A stretch of DNA of 64,000 nucleotides from Octopus sinensis (lineage: Eukaryota), in assembly GCF_006345805.1 (NCBI RefSeq), contig NC_043007.1, positions 49,662,001-49,726,000 on the forward strand, written 5' to 3'. Below, piece after piece: positions 27,051-41,429 of the stretch. The translations under genes and the position numbers were made by a program. The stretch's first letter is position 1. Every line of letters begins with the position of its first letter. A model generated the notes under the pieces. That model was not told the origin of the DNA. It did no database searches and worked only from the letters and a program-made list of their open reading frames with translations.

Positions 27051-28507
27051 ACTTGTGGCTTTAATTTTATTTCACTTTATTTTATTTTATTTTATTTTAT
27101 TTTATATATATATATATATGTATGTATGTATGTATGTGTGTGTGTATACATGCATATATTTACATATATATATATATATTTGCATATATTTACATATATA
27201 TATAAGTATGCATGTGTGTACGCATGTATATACGTGTGTATGTGTGCACGTGTAGGTGTGTGTGTATACACATGTTACATGCATATGCATCTTTAGCTAT
27301 ATTATACACATACACACACGAACTCTCTTTGATCAAACAACAGCAAGAACATCACTAAAAACATAATGTCGCTGTTTCTGCTCATTCTGCGGGGAGTAAC
27401 AGGGAAATGTATCTTAAGTCACATCTTATCACCTTAATAAAAGAAATGATTTATTGGATTATACTTCATTGATAAGGTTCCATAAGTAAGAAATATGCCG
27501 AGAATTATTACTTTATAACATTATGTTCACCTTAGCTTCCCACTTCTTTCAACCATATCATTTATTTTGAGTTAATTATAATTAATTAACTTTTGAGAAT
27601 TGTCACAAATTAATCATGAAGCTAATCTCATCGCATTGCTTATTTTGATTTCAATAATTTAAATATAATTAAATAAATTTTAAAAATTAAAATTTAACTT
27701 AAATAATTAATGTTTTGTCGCTGTAGGCGTGTTCACATCGATTTTACTGTTTGGTGTTCGTGCAGTGTGTGTCCCGAGGTATTCCCACCTTCTAGTCATT
27801 ATTGGACAAAAAGTAGTCAGAGTTAAAACTACGACCTGAATGAATTTAATCATAAGTTGGCTGGTTTAAGACTGACTTCGGGTTAAACAACAACAACGAT
27901 GACGAGCAACATGACAAAACGACAGTGGTGACGGCGTTAATTCTAGTTTTATGTTTTATCAGCAAAAGCAAGATTTCGGTTGGAATGATCAAAGGAGCGT
28001 TTCTGCCATAAATCTTGGAGAAACCGGGGCACACGCATAACTGATAACTGAAATGACGAAGTGTTTCGTTTCAGTCTGTTCTTAATTATCCTTGAAAATA
28101 AAACAACTTGAACGGAGAAGAGGGCGACAAGGGAGATAATGAGGTTAGGGAAGAGCCGCAATAAAAGGAGAGAGAAGAAAAGGGAGAAAAAACTTATTGC
28201 TATTTTGTTTTTGTTCATTTTGTTTTTGTTTGTTTTTCTGACATTTTTCTGATATTTGTGTTTCGTTTTGCAATTTTCGTATTAGTAAGAAAGAGAAGAG
28301 GGTAGGCATTGTTATTAATTGTAAACAGCCAAAGCAAGTAGAAGGCGGCAGTGACCTCAATACGTGAAATAACCCCAGCAGTACTAAATAAATAAATAAG
28401 AGCAGAGACATGGACATGCGGAGGGAAGCAGAAAAGGAGGGAGAGAAAAAGAAAATTTTGACAAAGTATTTAGCATTGTACATTGTTATTACAAAATCAA
28501 ACCATGC

Positions 28508-28555
<48 letters not shown>

Positions 28556-28682
28556 TAGGAGACAAAGGGAAAGAGAAGGCATAGTGTACATGTGCACAAC
28601 CACTCCCTCTCTGTTTTTCATCGTGTCTCTCATTATCGCTCTCTCACACTCTCTGTATATGTGTATATATGTATGAAGGATG

Positions 28683-28872
<190 letters not shown>

Positions 28873-29429
28873 TTCTAATGTAGGATAAAAGTTTTTCGGA
28901 AAAAAATTTTATCAATGGCCAGTATATTAAAAATTAACTTTGAAGGTTAAATTTATAAATAACTTATAAAATAAGGGCAAAAGAAAAATTCTAATGCCAA
29001 ATATGCCGAAAATAGACAAATTGTCAATAAACATTATAATTTTTGCGTCTCGAAACAAGCCGATAGAAATTTCTAAAAAATTCCGTTATTACCGTATTGG
29101 TCCCAATTTCAGAATTAATTCATATAAATTTTCTCCTCCTCAGCGATAAATACGTAAGACATAAATGAAATACTTACTCATACTCATGGTAAAAGCAAGC
29201 ACTAAGTCCTGAGTAGACCTAAGTACCCCAAATATATCCAAAATAGAAAATCTTCAGCACATCTCGAGACACGTGTGATTAGAACTAGAAACTTTCACAG
29301 AGTGAGAGAGTCCGGAAGTGAACACTATTAAATTTACATCTAATGTAGGATAAAATTTTATCGAAAATATTTTATCAATCGCCAGCATATTAAAAAATAC
29401 ATTTAAAGGTTAAATTTATAAAGATTTCC

Positions 29430-29720
29430 CCCATTCATTATGCAAGCAGTGCGTTTCCGAGCAGCATGCTTAAATTCTTCATGAAGAATAGGTGCTGCCA
29501 CAAAGGTATCGGCTCCTTCCCGTACCGGTTTCCTCCATCTGTGGCGATGACAATTATTGCTTTCCCAGTCACCCTCCCGCATTTCACAGGCCTTTAATGA
29601 GGACTTTACACAGTCCTTAAATCGCAGTCTTGGCATGTGCCATACAACTTGAGAAATAAGGCTTCTCAAAACCAGAAAGGAGAAAGCTAATTCGAAGACT
29701 ACAGATCAAATCTATCACTG
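29430..29720 (-). pseudogene. RTE LINE ORF C-terminus
   Basis: PRLRFKDCVKSSLKAC...WE...RWRKPVREG in ORF 29403-29669. Confidence 0.75.
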
Positions 29721-30593
29721 GAACTGTAAAAATTTGTAAAACTTTCCAGAAGCTTATCATTAAAATATATATGAGCATGTCTAGATATGTAACTATATGC
29801 ATGAGAATACATACATAAAACAAAACATACAAATTTTCACATATACATACATACAAATATATTCTGTTGTTGATTTTGAAATTCCAGTGAAGGAGCCTTG
29901 GATCTAGGTCAGAAACCGGCTCTTTCTCTATTGGTAAGAACTCTTAAAATAAAACTGAATAATAACATACATATATATGTGTGTGTTCGTGTGCTTGCAT
30001 GTGTATGTGCGTGTGTTTGTGTGAGCGTATGTGTATATAAGTGTATACAGGGTAGATATTACAATATGTATAAGTATTTTATCGTGTCACTTTTTGCGTC
30101 GTGGCTTACTTCTCTTTCGTACATTTTTTGTTCAGGTTTAAGTCTTACCTCACCATGCACCACTATCACATAAACATTTCTACTTTTGTTTCTCTCTTTA
30201 TTCCTCTTATTTTTAGCATTCTCTAGCATTTGCTTACTTAGTTACTTTATCCTGTTACCTCTTTAATTCCTTCCTTTTACAGTTTTATTTTCTTTCCACC
30301 CCCCTCTCTTAGTTCATTACTTATTCAAGCTATTTCTTCTTCACTCACTGTTATCCATCACTCACAATATTATAGTTTCTGCTCTCATAATAACCTATCT
30401 GGCCGGTATTCTTGCTGGCTGACTTCTGACTATTTTCTCGATTTATTGCTGTCCTACCTTGTGAATCTCTCAGCAGCCTATTTGCCTCTCTAATCCATCA
30501 TACTCCTTATAATGTTTTCTTTGTCATCTGTTTCTCTCAGAGCAACCAAAATGGTCTCTCTCTCTATAGATCTCTCTCCCTCTCTCTCTCCCC

Positions 30594-30626
<33 letters not shown>

Positions 30627-32747
30627 TCACATTTTCATAAGTCGCTGGAAATGGAGATCTCCAGGTCCAAATTCTTGAACGGCTGAGGAGCGGGTGAATC
30701 TGTGGGTTAAAAGAGGGAGATTGTCATTCTACTCCTTCATCTATATGAAACAAAAATCACCCGGATTCTTACAAATGTTGATCCCTATCAACATTTCATC
30801 ATTATCTTCTGCACAAAAGTCGCATGATACTGACCCCTCAATACTTGGTGTATGGCAGGTGCATATTCCTTACAAGGAAACTTTGAAAATAGCTTTTATT
30901 ATATGCGGTAACAATCCTATTTCTTACCTAACCAAATTGAAGTGATTGTATAGATCAAACAAAAAGGGAAAACATTTAAGACTAAGAACAACAAAACACA
31001 CTACATTACCTAACATATCACACCGTTCTACAAAAAACACTACACTGCTCTAAAACACATCACACGGCCCTACAAATCTCAAAACATCCCATACAGCTTT
31101 ACAAAATACATCATATTGCTCTATAAAATAGCTAGCTTAACCCCTGATAGACGAATATAGACAAAGAATAAAGAAAAAAGATTTCATTCTACGAATAATG
31201 CAATGTTAATATGTCGGACGAGTTGTGAACTATTTTTATAGTGTCCAGCTTTTGTTAATTTGTCTCAGTAAATCCCGTTGACGTCACCAGAAGGTTCGCT
31301 TATCTTTCCTGTCATCGTTGTTATCACAGAGTCACCCATAAGTATGGCGGATTCTGCTTAATCATCAGGGAATAGTTATTTAGATGATTTATTGTGTTTA
31401 TTTCATCTATTTGGAGACCTCAGTGTACCGCGTTCAAGTAACAGAGAGGGTGAGTTAGAGAGAGAAGGAGAGAGGGAAAGAGAGTGAGAGAAAAAGAAAG
31501 AGAGAAAGAGAGAGTGGGGAGAAATTCGACATTGCCATTTGGTAGGTGGGTCAATGAAATAAATTCCAGTTTGATAGACTAAGTTCGATTGAATCGATTG
31601 CAAATGTCTGCAGCTTCCTTCTCTTTTGCAACAGAAAATCTTGAATGTAGTAGTGATGAGGTGCAGAACAGAGCTGTGAATATGTATGGAGTGGAGAGTC
31701 TGTGGTGAAGAGAAAATGAAAAGCGGAGGGGAAGAGAGGGTGAGAGAGAGAGAAAGAGAGGGAGGAAGAGAGAGAGATGGTGGACGGAGAGAGAGAGAGA
31801 GAGGTATAGGGAGGCAGAGACAGACGGATAGGCAGACAGAAGCGAGCGATGGAAATCCGGAAATGACATCTTATTAACCTAAACGTTATTCTTGCTGACA
31901 CTGGCCGCCATTCATATCAGAAATAGTTCCATCTTTAATAAATCTGATTTAGCAAGAACGAATGGAAAGAAGATAAAAGAAAGAAAGAAAAACGAAATAT
32001 AAATGAAATGAGAGATAAAAGCGATAAGGAAAAATAGGAACAAGGGAACGAAGGAAATATTAACAATAAAAGATAAAGAGGGAGCAGAAAAAGAGAGAAG
32101 GATCTATTTATTGGATAAGACCGCCATTGAGAGGAAACGGAGATTATGTGATGTTCATGCATCTTAGGGGTAGTGAAAGGTCATTAACGGAGCTAAGTTA
32201 TATGAAATGGCTGACACATAGAATTTCAAATGAAACGAAATAATAAAAACAGAAAATTTAAAAACAAATAAAAAACAAGCAAAAAAGATAACAAAAATCA
32301 AAAAGCAAAACAAAGGAGAAAAATATTGAGAAAATGAGTGAGAGCGGGGAAAGTTAAAAGAAAGCTCAGATAAATAATATACAAAGTAAAAGAATGATAG
32401 ATGGTCATAAAGATACAAGATGAGCGAAAATAGTTGTCAGTTTCTCCAGTATGTAACTTGTATTGTAACTACAGAGAAATTAATGATAATGTTGACATCG
32501 GCGTGATTTGAACTTGAACACCTGAAAAGGAAGCTAAGCATCACAGGCAGACTTCACCGGTGTGCTATTCTTTCTGTATCTCGACCACTTCTTGTTGAAA
32601 AGGCCCAACAATGTGATTAATTGAAATGTGAGACAGCAGGCAAATATATCTCAAATTACAAAAGCAGGATGGACATACACAACACGTGAACATACATAAG
32701 TGGGTGAATGTGTATATATGTATATGTGTGCGTGTGAATATATATTT

Positions 32748-33045
32748 GTGAAGGCACGTGACTCAGTGGTTAGAGCATCGGGATCACAATCATGAGGTAG
32801 TGAGTCTGTTCTTGAGCAAGACACTTTATTTCACGTTGCTCCAGTTCACTCAGCTGTAGAAATGAGTCGCGACGTCACTGGTGCCAAGCTGTATCGGCCT
32901 TTGACTTTCCCTTGGATGACATCGATGGCATAGAGAGAGGAGGCGAATACTGGTCTTCCATCAAGAACCTTGCTAGGACTTGTGCCTCGAAGGGTAACTT
33001 TGTAGTTGCAATCCCATGGTTAATTATGACCGAAGGGGGTTCTTT
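32748..33045 (+). mobile_element. CORE-type SINE
   Basis: tgactcagtggttagag A box; CORE-like tcttgagcaagacactt...ctcagctgtagaaatgag. Confidence 0.8.
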
Positions 33046-33199
33046 ACCTTTTATATGTGATCGTGTTTCTGTGTGTGTGTATATATGCATGTGTGTATAT
33101 ATACATATACATGTTTTCTTTTCTCTTTCTCTCTCTTTATATATATACAAGGTGCTCGGACTGAATTTGACAGTTTGCACAAACAGAAAAGAAAACATA

Positions 33200-33960
33200 A
33201 TATCCCATCCAAAATTAAGATTATCTTTTTAAAAATCCAAAACATCAACTGGACGATGGCTGGGGGATAACAGTTTTCTCAAAGTAGCTACCATCAACTT
33301 CCACTACAGCCTCAAGAAGGCTCTGGAACTTGGCGCATACATCCCGCACTGACCCTGAGAAGATCTTCGAACACCTTCGTGATCTTGGCCACCAGGGAGA
33401 ACTTGGCGTTACAGGGAGAACAATGTCTTTCTCAACCGCACTCCATACATGGTAATCCATGGGATTGAGAAACGGGAAAATTTGAAAGTCAGAAATTGGG
33501 GCTGGTGAAGTAGTAAAAATTCTCCGACAATCACTTCTAACTTTTTCCGGGGTTATGGCAAGGGACCAAATGCAGATGCTACTCTCCATCAAAGATTTGA
33601 CCACATTCTTCACATAGCCGTCAGAATTAAGCCTAAGGCCCTATTCAAAGTTGTTGGGTAGCATAATATCACCCTCACTGGAGAAACATCCAGAGACTAT
33701 GACAGTTAAGGACGTCTTGGTTTCCATGAAGTCCATGTCACGTCTTACGGCCTTTCACAGAGCGTTGAACAACTGTCAGGACAGTAGTCAGAATCAGCGG
33801 TCATGATACCTGGCGCGAATCATCATGATACAGGTGACTCTTTTCCAATATTCATTTGGCTTCTGGTCCTCCATGTAAACTAACTTTTTCTCGACTACAG
33901 CTTCATGCAATCTAGTGCCGCTGACTGCTCACCAATACGTTAAGCTTTTCCTGAACAGGG
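33200..33960 (-). pseudogene. Tc1/mariner (maT-like) transposase DDD fragment
   Basis: TVIVSGCFSSEGD, GLRLNSDGYV, NPMDYHVWSAVEKD, LEAVVEVDGSYFE. Confidence 0.8.
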
Positions 33961-34083
33961 AAACAAAAAATTGTCTAATTAAGCCTGAATACGCTACACA
34001 CACACGCACACACACGCGCACATATACATATGGATATTGACGGACAGATAGGTAAATAGATAAATAGATAGATAGATAGATAT

Positions 34084-34177
<94 letters not shown>

Positions 34178-34516
34178 TCACAAACACATACACACATTAT
34201 AGATAGAGGTATAATATAGAGTGACCGATTGTCGACTAGAATACTTTACGATATTTGTTTTGACCAAGCTCTTTGAGCCCCATTTTGCCTTTCATTCTTT
34301 CGGTGGAAGTAAAAATGTCTCAGTCCAGAGTTGGGCCAGCTCTCTTTCCAACCCGCTATTACATAATAGATAATCCACTTGCTCAAGGGCGGGATGGTCA
34401 AGAGATTGGATGTCTATGTCTGCTCATGACTTCTTTGACATCAAATTAGTTAGCAAAGGTTGGGTACTTTCAACCAAGTCATGCACGTTTACCAATAACG
34501 TTTATAGTTATGTATG

Positions 34517-34548
<32 letters not shown>

Positions 34549-34639
34549 CATACAGACTGACATACATACATACATACATACATACATACATACATACATA
34601 CATACATACATACATACATACATACATACGTACGTACGT

Positions 34640-34740
34640 ACATCCATTGTAAGTCGAACAACATTGTATCTGATGTATAGGCTGGTGGAAAGAATGGAGT
34701 GTGGGGATGTGTCGAACAACTTTTAATAAACAAATATGTA
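34640..34740 (-). pseudogene. mariner transposase remnant
   Basis: PHTPFFPPAYTSDTMLFDLQ resembles the PHPPYSPDLAPSDYHLF motif. Confidence 0.45.
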
Positions 34741-34749
34741 CTGTCTGAA

Positions 34750-36545
34750 CTAAGAAAACTGCGCAGAAACCTTGTGACAGTATGGTTTGACTATAAGAAG
34801 GCATTCAACTCTATCCTTCATTCACGGCTGTTGAAGTGCCTACAACTCGCAAATGTACCTACTACCTGAATTATTGCTATTGAGAGACTCACAAAGACAT
34901 CGGCAACTATTCTTACCTTTAAAACTGAGAACGGAATAATTGTTTTTAATAGTATAGGCATTACAAAGGGAATATTCCAGGGAGATAGTCTTTCTGCACT
35001 TCTTTTCGTTTTGGCATTGAATCCATTATCGTTCCTACAGCAGAAAACAGCTGGTTACATGCTAGGATCTTCAACTGCTACAAATATCAATGTAACTCAT
35101 AATTTCTTTGTAGACGAACTGAAGATTTATGCTAAAAGTGCTAACAATGTCAAAAAACAACAATTAATAACAACATTTTCAGCTGATATAGGCATGAAAT
35201 TCCCCCCCCCCCAAAAAAAATGTTCATATTTGTTTATAGAACGAAGGAAGTCAGTCCCTCAAACGAAAACCTGTGCATCAACGGTCTCTCTATCTCCCCC
35301 ATTCCACACACAGAATGTTACAAGTACTTAGGCATAGACGAAAATGTATCATATGAAGGCACTGTAAATAAAGATAGAATGACCCGAGAATATTATACTA
35401 GACTTAGGAAAATATGGCAGTCGGAACTCTCCTCTTATAACAAAACAATATCTCATAATGAATTTGCAGTACCAGTGCTGATCTCAATATTTGGGATACT
35501 TGATCGGTCTGTAGACGAAATCCACTCCATAGATATCAAAACCCGCAAAATCTTGACAGCAACTGGGAACTTCCACAGAAACAGTGATATTGACAGGCTC
35601 TACCTAAGAAGAAATGAAGGTGGTAGAGGCCGAAAATCAGTGCAGACGGCCTTCGAATGCCCTATGGTATCACCCAGGCTGCACCTGCTAAACAACAGAA
35701 GCAAAACTAAATATATTAATGCAGTGCTGAAAAGTAAAGTGAGCAACATTGTACGATGATCTCCTATACAGCCCCAAAGCAGCTAGGCTCTCTTACCTCA
35801 GAGAAGACCAGGATGGAAAGCACTCAGCATAGAAAAAAAAAATAAAAGACCATGCATTGGTATGTTGCCCGGAAGCTTGGAGAAGACAGTAGAATTGACA
35901 CGAAGCGCAGCCTCTCATGGACATAAGACACTACATCACATCACACTTTGAAGGCTATGCGTTTGCAATCCAGGAACAGGAGATTTCCACAAAATGCGTT
36001 GTGAACAAGAGAGACAGTGATGCTGTTGTAATCCAAAGGTGCAAAACCGCATGAGTAGGCTATGTCATGTTTCTGTGGAAGACATTACGCATGTAATTAG
36101 CAGCTGTCATAAAATGTCGTCACGGTACTACCTCCTTATGCGGCACGATATTTTTGCTAACACAATTTACAATGCACTCCGCAAAAAAGATTTCCTGAAA
36201 TAAAGTTAGAAAATCCCTCTGTTATGGAATACTTTCATAAACACCAACTGAAGGAATACTGGCGGAATATTCCCATAAAAACCTCTGTCAAATGTAAGCA
36301 TAACAGACCGGATATTGTTGTTTAGGACAGAGTGGCAAGGTATGTACCATCAAAGGGGTTAGCTCTCCTGCATATATAAATATCTCTTTGAAAATCAAAG
36401 GAAAAGAGGATATATATGGACAACTGCTTGGAGAATCTGGTTAAACTGGGACTTTTAGAAAGAGAAATTGACTGGCTGATTCATACATTACAAGTGCAAT
36501 CTGTGACTGGAACAGTAAAAATATGCAAGACTTTTCTCAAGTTCA
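34750..36545 (+). mobile_element. R4/Dong-like LINE, 5'-truncated and decayed
   Basis: VWFDYKKAFNS, GIFQGDSLSAL, HNFFVDELK, YKYLGIDE, DIDRLYLRRNEGGRG, RHD, HNRPDIV. Confidence 0.88.
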
Positions 36546-37574
36546 TACATACATACAAGGGAAAGAAGACATCTATTGAACGTTAATTAAAGAGTTTGCA
36601 GATTCGGTACCCAAGAAACACTTTCAGCTTCACACCTATCATTATTAGAGCAACAAGATTCATAGCAACCCATCTGGATCAAAGTATTACTGAACTTGGG
36701 ATCTTGGGGTGAGAATGGAAATCCTTAATTCATATGCTACAAATAATCATGATATCTGGGACTATAAAAATCTGCAAGACCTTCTTAAGATTTAAGATTT
36801 AAAAGGTAGTGGTTAAAAAAAGTTACTTTCCTTCACAACTTTGCTACCGAGTAGAAGGCCGGTCAAGATCTACTCTAGAATTAAAAGAGAAAGAGAACAT
36901 ACATACATGCATGCATACATACATACATACATACATACATACATACATACATACATACATACATACATACAGACATCCTAATAAATAAATAGATAATGAA
37001 GGCTTGCATACCTACACACACAAACAGGGGCAAAACACACACACACACACACACACACATACACACACACAAACACAAACACACACGCGCACACTCACGC
37101 ACATGCATGCATGTCCAGTTATTCTTCCGGGTTTTTACAGAAAATTCCTATGAAATTTCATATTTGCATAACTTTATGTTCTGTCTATGGTAGAATTAAT
37201 TTGTGAAGGAGTGAGTAAAAGAATTTATTAAATTTTTAAGAAAGAGTTATTTTAAGAAGTAATGTTTATCGTCACTTCAACATGGCTGTTCCGTAGGAAC
37301 CGACGTTGCTACCATTTTTAACCCCATGACGACACATCCTCCACTCGATATATATTGCAAGAAGGGGAGCGAACCCCTACTATCTAGCAACGATGCCGAG
37401 ACCACCAACCCATCCGCTAGAGTTAGCAGTAGTTCGCTCCAGCCACCAATATATAGAAAAATAAGTAGCAACCACTCACTGAGCTTGCAACAAGCACACA
37501 CACACGTAAACACGCGCGTGCACACACACATGAAAAACACACACGCACTTTCCCTCTCTTTCGCCCCGCCTCAC

Positions 37575-37611
<37 letters not shown>

Positions 37612-38239
37612 GACTTCTGTAAAAACAAGGTTGTATGCAATAAAAGATATTTCTTAATTCTTCCTCTCTGAAGATTGTGTAGTTAACTTTTATATGGACA
37701 TCTTTGCTTAATGCAATATGCACCATAATGCACAACTTTTCTAGAAACAGCTGTATGAGACTTTATGCACATCTGCTTAATATCGTATTTACTCTAACAA
37801 CTCTAATTATGTTTGATTTATAAATTCCATACTCTGAAGTGATACGACCTGTTCTGCCTGTTCATTATTTTTTCCAACACACACACACACACATATATAT
37901 ATATGTGTGTGTGTGTGTGTGTAGAAGGTTGAAAAGGAACACACGTGTTGATATGTATACGGAAAATAAGTCAAGGTAGAAAATGCTAAAATAATTTTAT
38001 TATAAGAAACATTTTAGTACCGGTTACAGTCATTGAGACTTTTTCAACTCTAGATATGGAAAAAATTAAATTGTGGAAAAATTAAATGAAAATTAAAAAA
38101 AAAAATTTCCATAATATTCAGATACAAGGGGCATTTTCCTTTTTTTCTGCTTGTCTGTGTCTCTATACATATATATATATATTTCTTTTATTCTGTTACT
38201 TGTTTTAGTCAGTTCACTGCGACCGTGCTGGAGCATCGC

Positions 38240-38294
<55 letters not shown>

Positions 38295-38619
38295 TGTCAC
38301 AATATCACTGTATGGATAAGACTATCGGATGTTGTCGCTGGTCAAAATGTGCTTCTTCGCATTGCTGTCGTTTTCATATGATGTCACCCGCTGACTAGGC
38401 AGGCAGGCCTGCATAGAGTTTTGCTGAGGAACACAAAACACTACCAGTTTCGAAATCGAAACCACGATTTTGAGATTTAAGTGCGACACCATAACCACTT
38501 TGCCATGCGCCTTCTTTATTCATACAGCTTACACGTACACAATGAGACACGCACACCGATGCATAATATGTAAGGGCACAGAGAGTAAGAGACAGAGATA
38601 CAGATATAGATAGATAACA

Positions 38620-39030
38620 TATCTTTTACTTTTTACTTGTTTCAGTTATTAGACTGCGGCCATGCTGGGGCACCAATCTGAAGAACTTTTATGTGAATGA
38701 ATTGACACTAGTACTTACATTTTTTCTTGTAAGCTCAGTACTTATACTGTCTATTTTTGCCGAATCGCTAAGTTACGTGGAGGTAAACACACCGACACCG
38801 GTTGTCAAGCGGTGGTGGGGGCGAAAATGTACATACACACATGCACATATATATATATATATATATATATACGGCAGGCTTCTTACAGTTTCCCTTTACC
38901 AAATCCACTTACAACGCTTCGGCCGCTCCAGGCTAGAAGACATCTGCTCAAGGTGTCCTGCATTGAGACTAAACCCAGAACCATATTGTTGGGTAGGAAG
39001 CTCCTTACCACACAGCTACGCCGGCGTCTG
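38620..39030 (-). mobile_element. SINE family B
   Basis: Near full-length reverse complement with internal (TA)n. Confidence 0.7.
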
Positions 39031-39508
39031 TATTGATATATGGTATCTAATACAGCATGAACGACTGCAATAGTCTGATCCGTTGCATGAATTGGAGTAG
39101 CGAAGACATAAACTTTAACATCGGAGAGAAACCTAAAGTGAAGAAGTAGAAATAATATTTTATCTTTAATGTTGTATATCGAAATTTCCTCTTCGTTTTA
39201 CTTCATCGTCGCAGCCGGTAATTAATTATAGTTTCTCATAATTATTGATAGAGAGCCTTTCAACAAAACATACTTTCATTAGGATGAGTTGAGATGTACT
39301 TCGTTGACTTCTCATGTGCCTCATTACCAGATAAACACGCACCCTCCCGCATAAATATATGTAAATAATTTTTGCGTGTACCTCATTCATTAAACATAGA
39401 TTTAGCCACACTGTGTAAACAGAACTCCTGATTTAACCACAGAAGCCCACCCTTACCACAGGATTTATTTACACAGCGAGAATCTAGGAATATTTAAGAA
39501 ACATACGG

Positions 39509-39592
<84 letters not shown>

Positions 39593-40075
39593 TATATATA
39601 TTTGTGTGTTTACTGAATGTGTGCAGACATGTAGCGATGAGCAATATCCAACTATTTTGTTTCTCCAGCCAGCCAATGAGAAAGATGAACATTTTCTAAA
39701 TGTTACTGTGAAAATCAAACTGCACGTTTTACAATTATTATGATCGAATGTGCACTGAAGAGAGAAACATTAAGTAACAATTGTGAACTTTCAGTCATAT
39801 GATACGAGTTTGCGCGCACACACACACACACATATACACATATACACACTCACAGATACCTTCCCCGCATGTGTATATGTAAACATATACATACTCTTTA
39901 CTCTTTTATTTGTTTCAGTCATTTGACTGTGACCATGCTGGAGCACCGCCTTTAGTCGAACAAATCGACCCCAGGACTTATTGTTTGTAAGCCTAGTACG
40001 GTTCCTTTGCTGTTACGGGGACGTAAACACACCAGCGATGTTGGGGGACAAACACACACACTCACGCATATATAT

Positions 40076-40144
<69 letters not shown>

Positions 40145-40247
40145 GGAGTAAACACATAAATGTGAAACAAGGTGGAAAAAAGTGTACTCAAATACCAGTG
40201 GTAGAGTAATATGCTTTATTTAAAGCAGCAGAAAAATTCAACAAAAT

Positions 40248-40285
40248 CTGTTACTCTGAGTTTCTCGTTGCCGTTCATCAGACAG
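40248..40285 (-). ncRNA. minimal type I hammerhead motif
   Basis: ctgt-CTGATGA-acggcaacga-GAAAC-tcaga-GTA-acag; core intact, A.A mismatch at the base of stem II. Confidence 0.7.
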
Positions 40286-40298
40286 TTTTTGCAATAAA

Positions 40299-40380
<82 letters not shown>

Positions 40381-40529
40381 TATATATGACGTGCATCTTT
40401 CAGTGGGACTGAACTCGGAGCCATGTGGTTGGTGAGCAAGACCCTTACCACACAGCCACTCCTACACAACTCTGTACATGCAAGTATATATATATATATT
40501 TATATATATATACATACATATATATATAC

Positions 40530-40560
<31 letters not shown>

Positions 40561-40564
40561 AGTA

Positions 40565-40658
<94 letters not shown>

Positions 40659-40660
<2 letters not shown>

Positions 40661-40985
40661 TATTCAAACCGGTTTTCGTCATAATGTGACTTATCAAGAA
40701 TAGTTAGGTAAAAAAATTTTTTTTTAAATGAGAAAGGGGGAAAAAAGAAAGCTGCATTGTTTTTTGCAAAATAATAATAATAAATATGTACAAAAATTAA
40801 AAAATGAGTACACCGATACATTCACAATGTATCGGAGTACTTATTTTTAAATTTTTGTACATATTTATTATTATTCTTTTGCAAAAAACAATGCAACTTT
40901 CTTTTTTCCCCTTTCTCATTAAAAAAAAAAATTTACTTAACTATTCTTGATAAGTCACATTATGACGAAAATCGGTTTGAATAAA
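40659..40985. repeat. 327-bp palindrome (3-nt loop) with a minimal HHR motif in each arm
   Basis: Arms pair to ccgatacatt-cac-aatgtatcgg; HHRs at 40661-40702 (-) and 40942-40983 (+). Confidence 0.9.
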
Positions 40986-41070
40986 TATATATTTATATAT
41001 TTTATCAATTTCTCATTTCATTAAAATTTTCTTTCAATTTAGCATTCTGCATTTTTACAATTTTCCTTGC

Positions 41071-41135
<65 letters not shown>

Positions 41136-41182
41136 ACGTGCGTGTGTGTCTGTGTTTGTGTATAAATTGAGAGGCCAGTTTA

Positions 41183-41245
41183 TGGGGTTACTCTGGGTTT
41201 CTCGTTCGTAAGTGGTTTGGCCTTACGGCGTATCGTCAGACCCCA
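41183..41245 (-). ncRNA. type I hammerhead motif, intact core
   Basis: tggggt-CTGACGA-stem II (cgtaag/cttacg)-GAAAC-ccaga-GTA-acccca. Confidence 0.75.
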
Positions 41246-41429
41246 AACCTTTTGGCCTGAGACCTCTTCAAAATCCCAGGGTAACCCCATAAACTGATCT
41301 CCCCCATTATAATATTAACTGTTGTACTTCTTAGAGTGTGCCTTTCCGGTTATGTTTTCTACAAACGATATATATATATATAGCATAATTAAATCTCAGA
41401 ATGAGATTGAAACAGTAATCGCTCGATAA

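Noticed and set aside
39750-39785. CTGAAGA-ga-GAAAC-attaa-GTA
   Set aside because: No stem II and no stem I pairing; probably chance.
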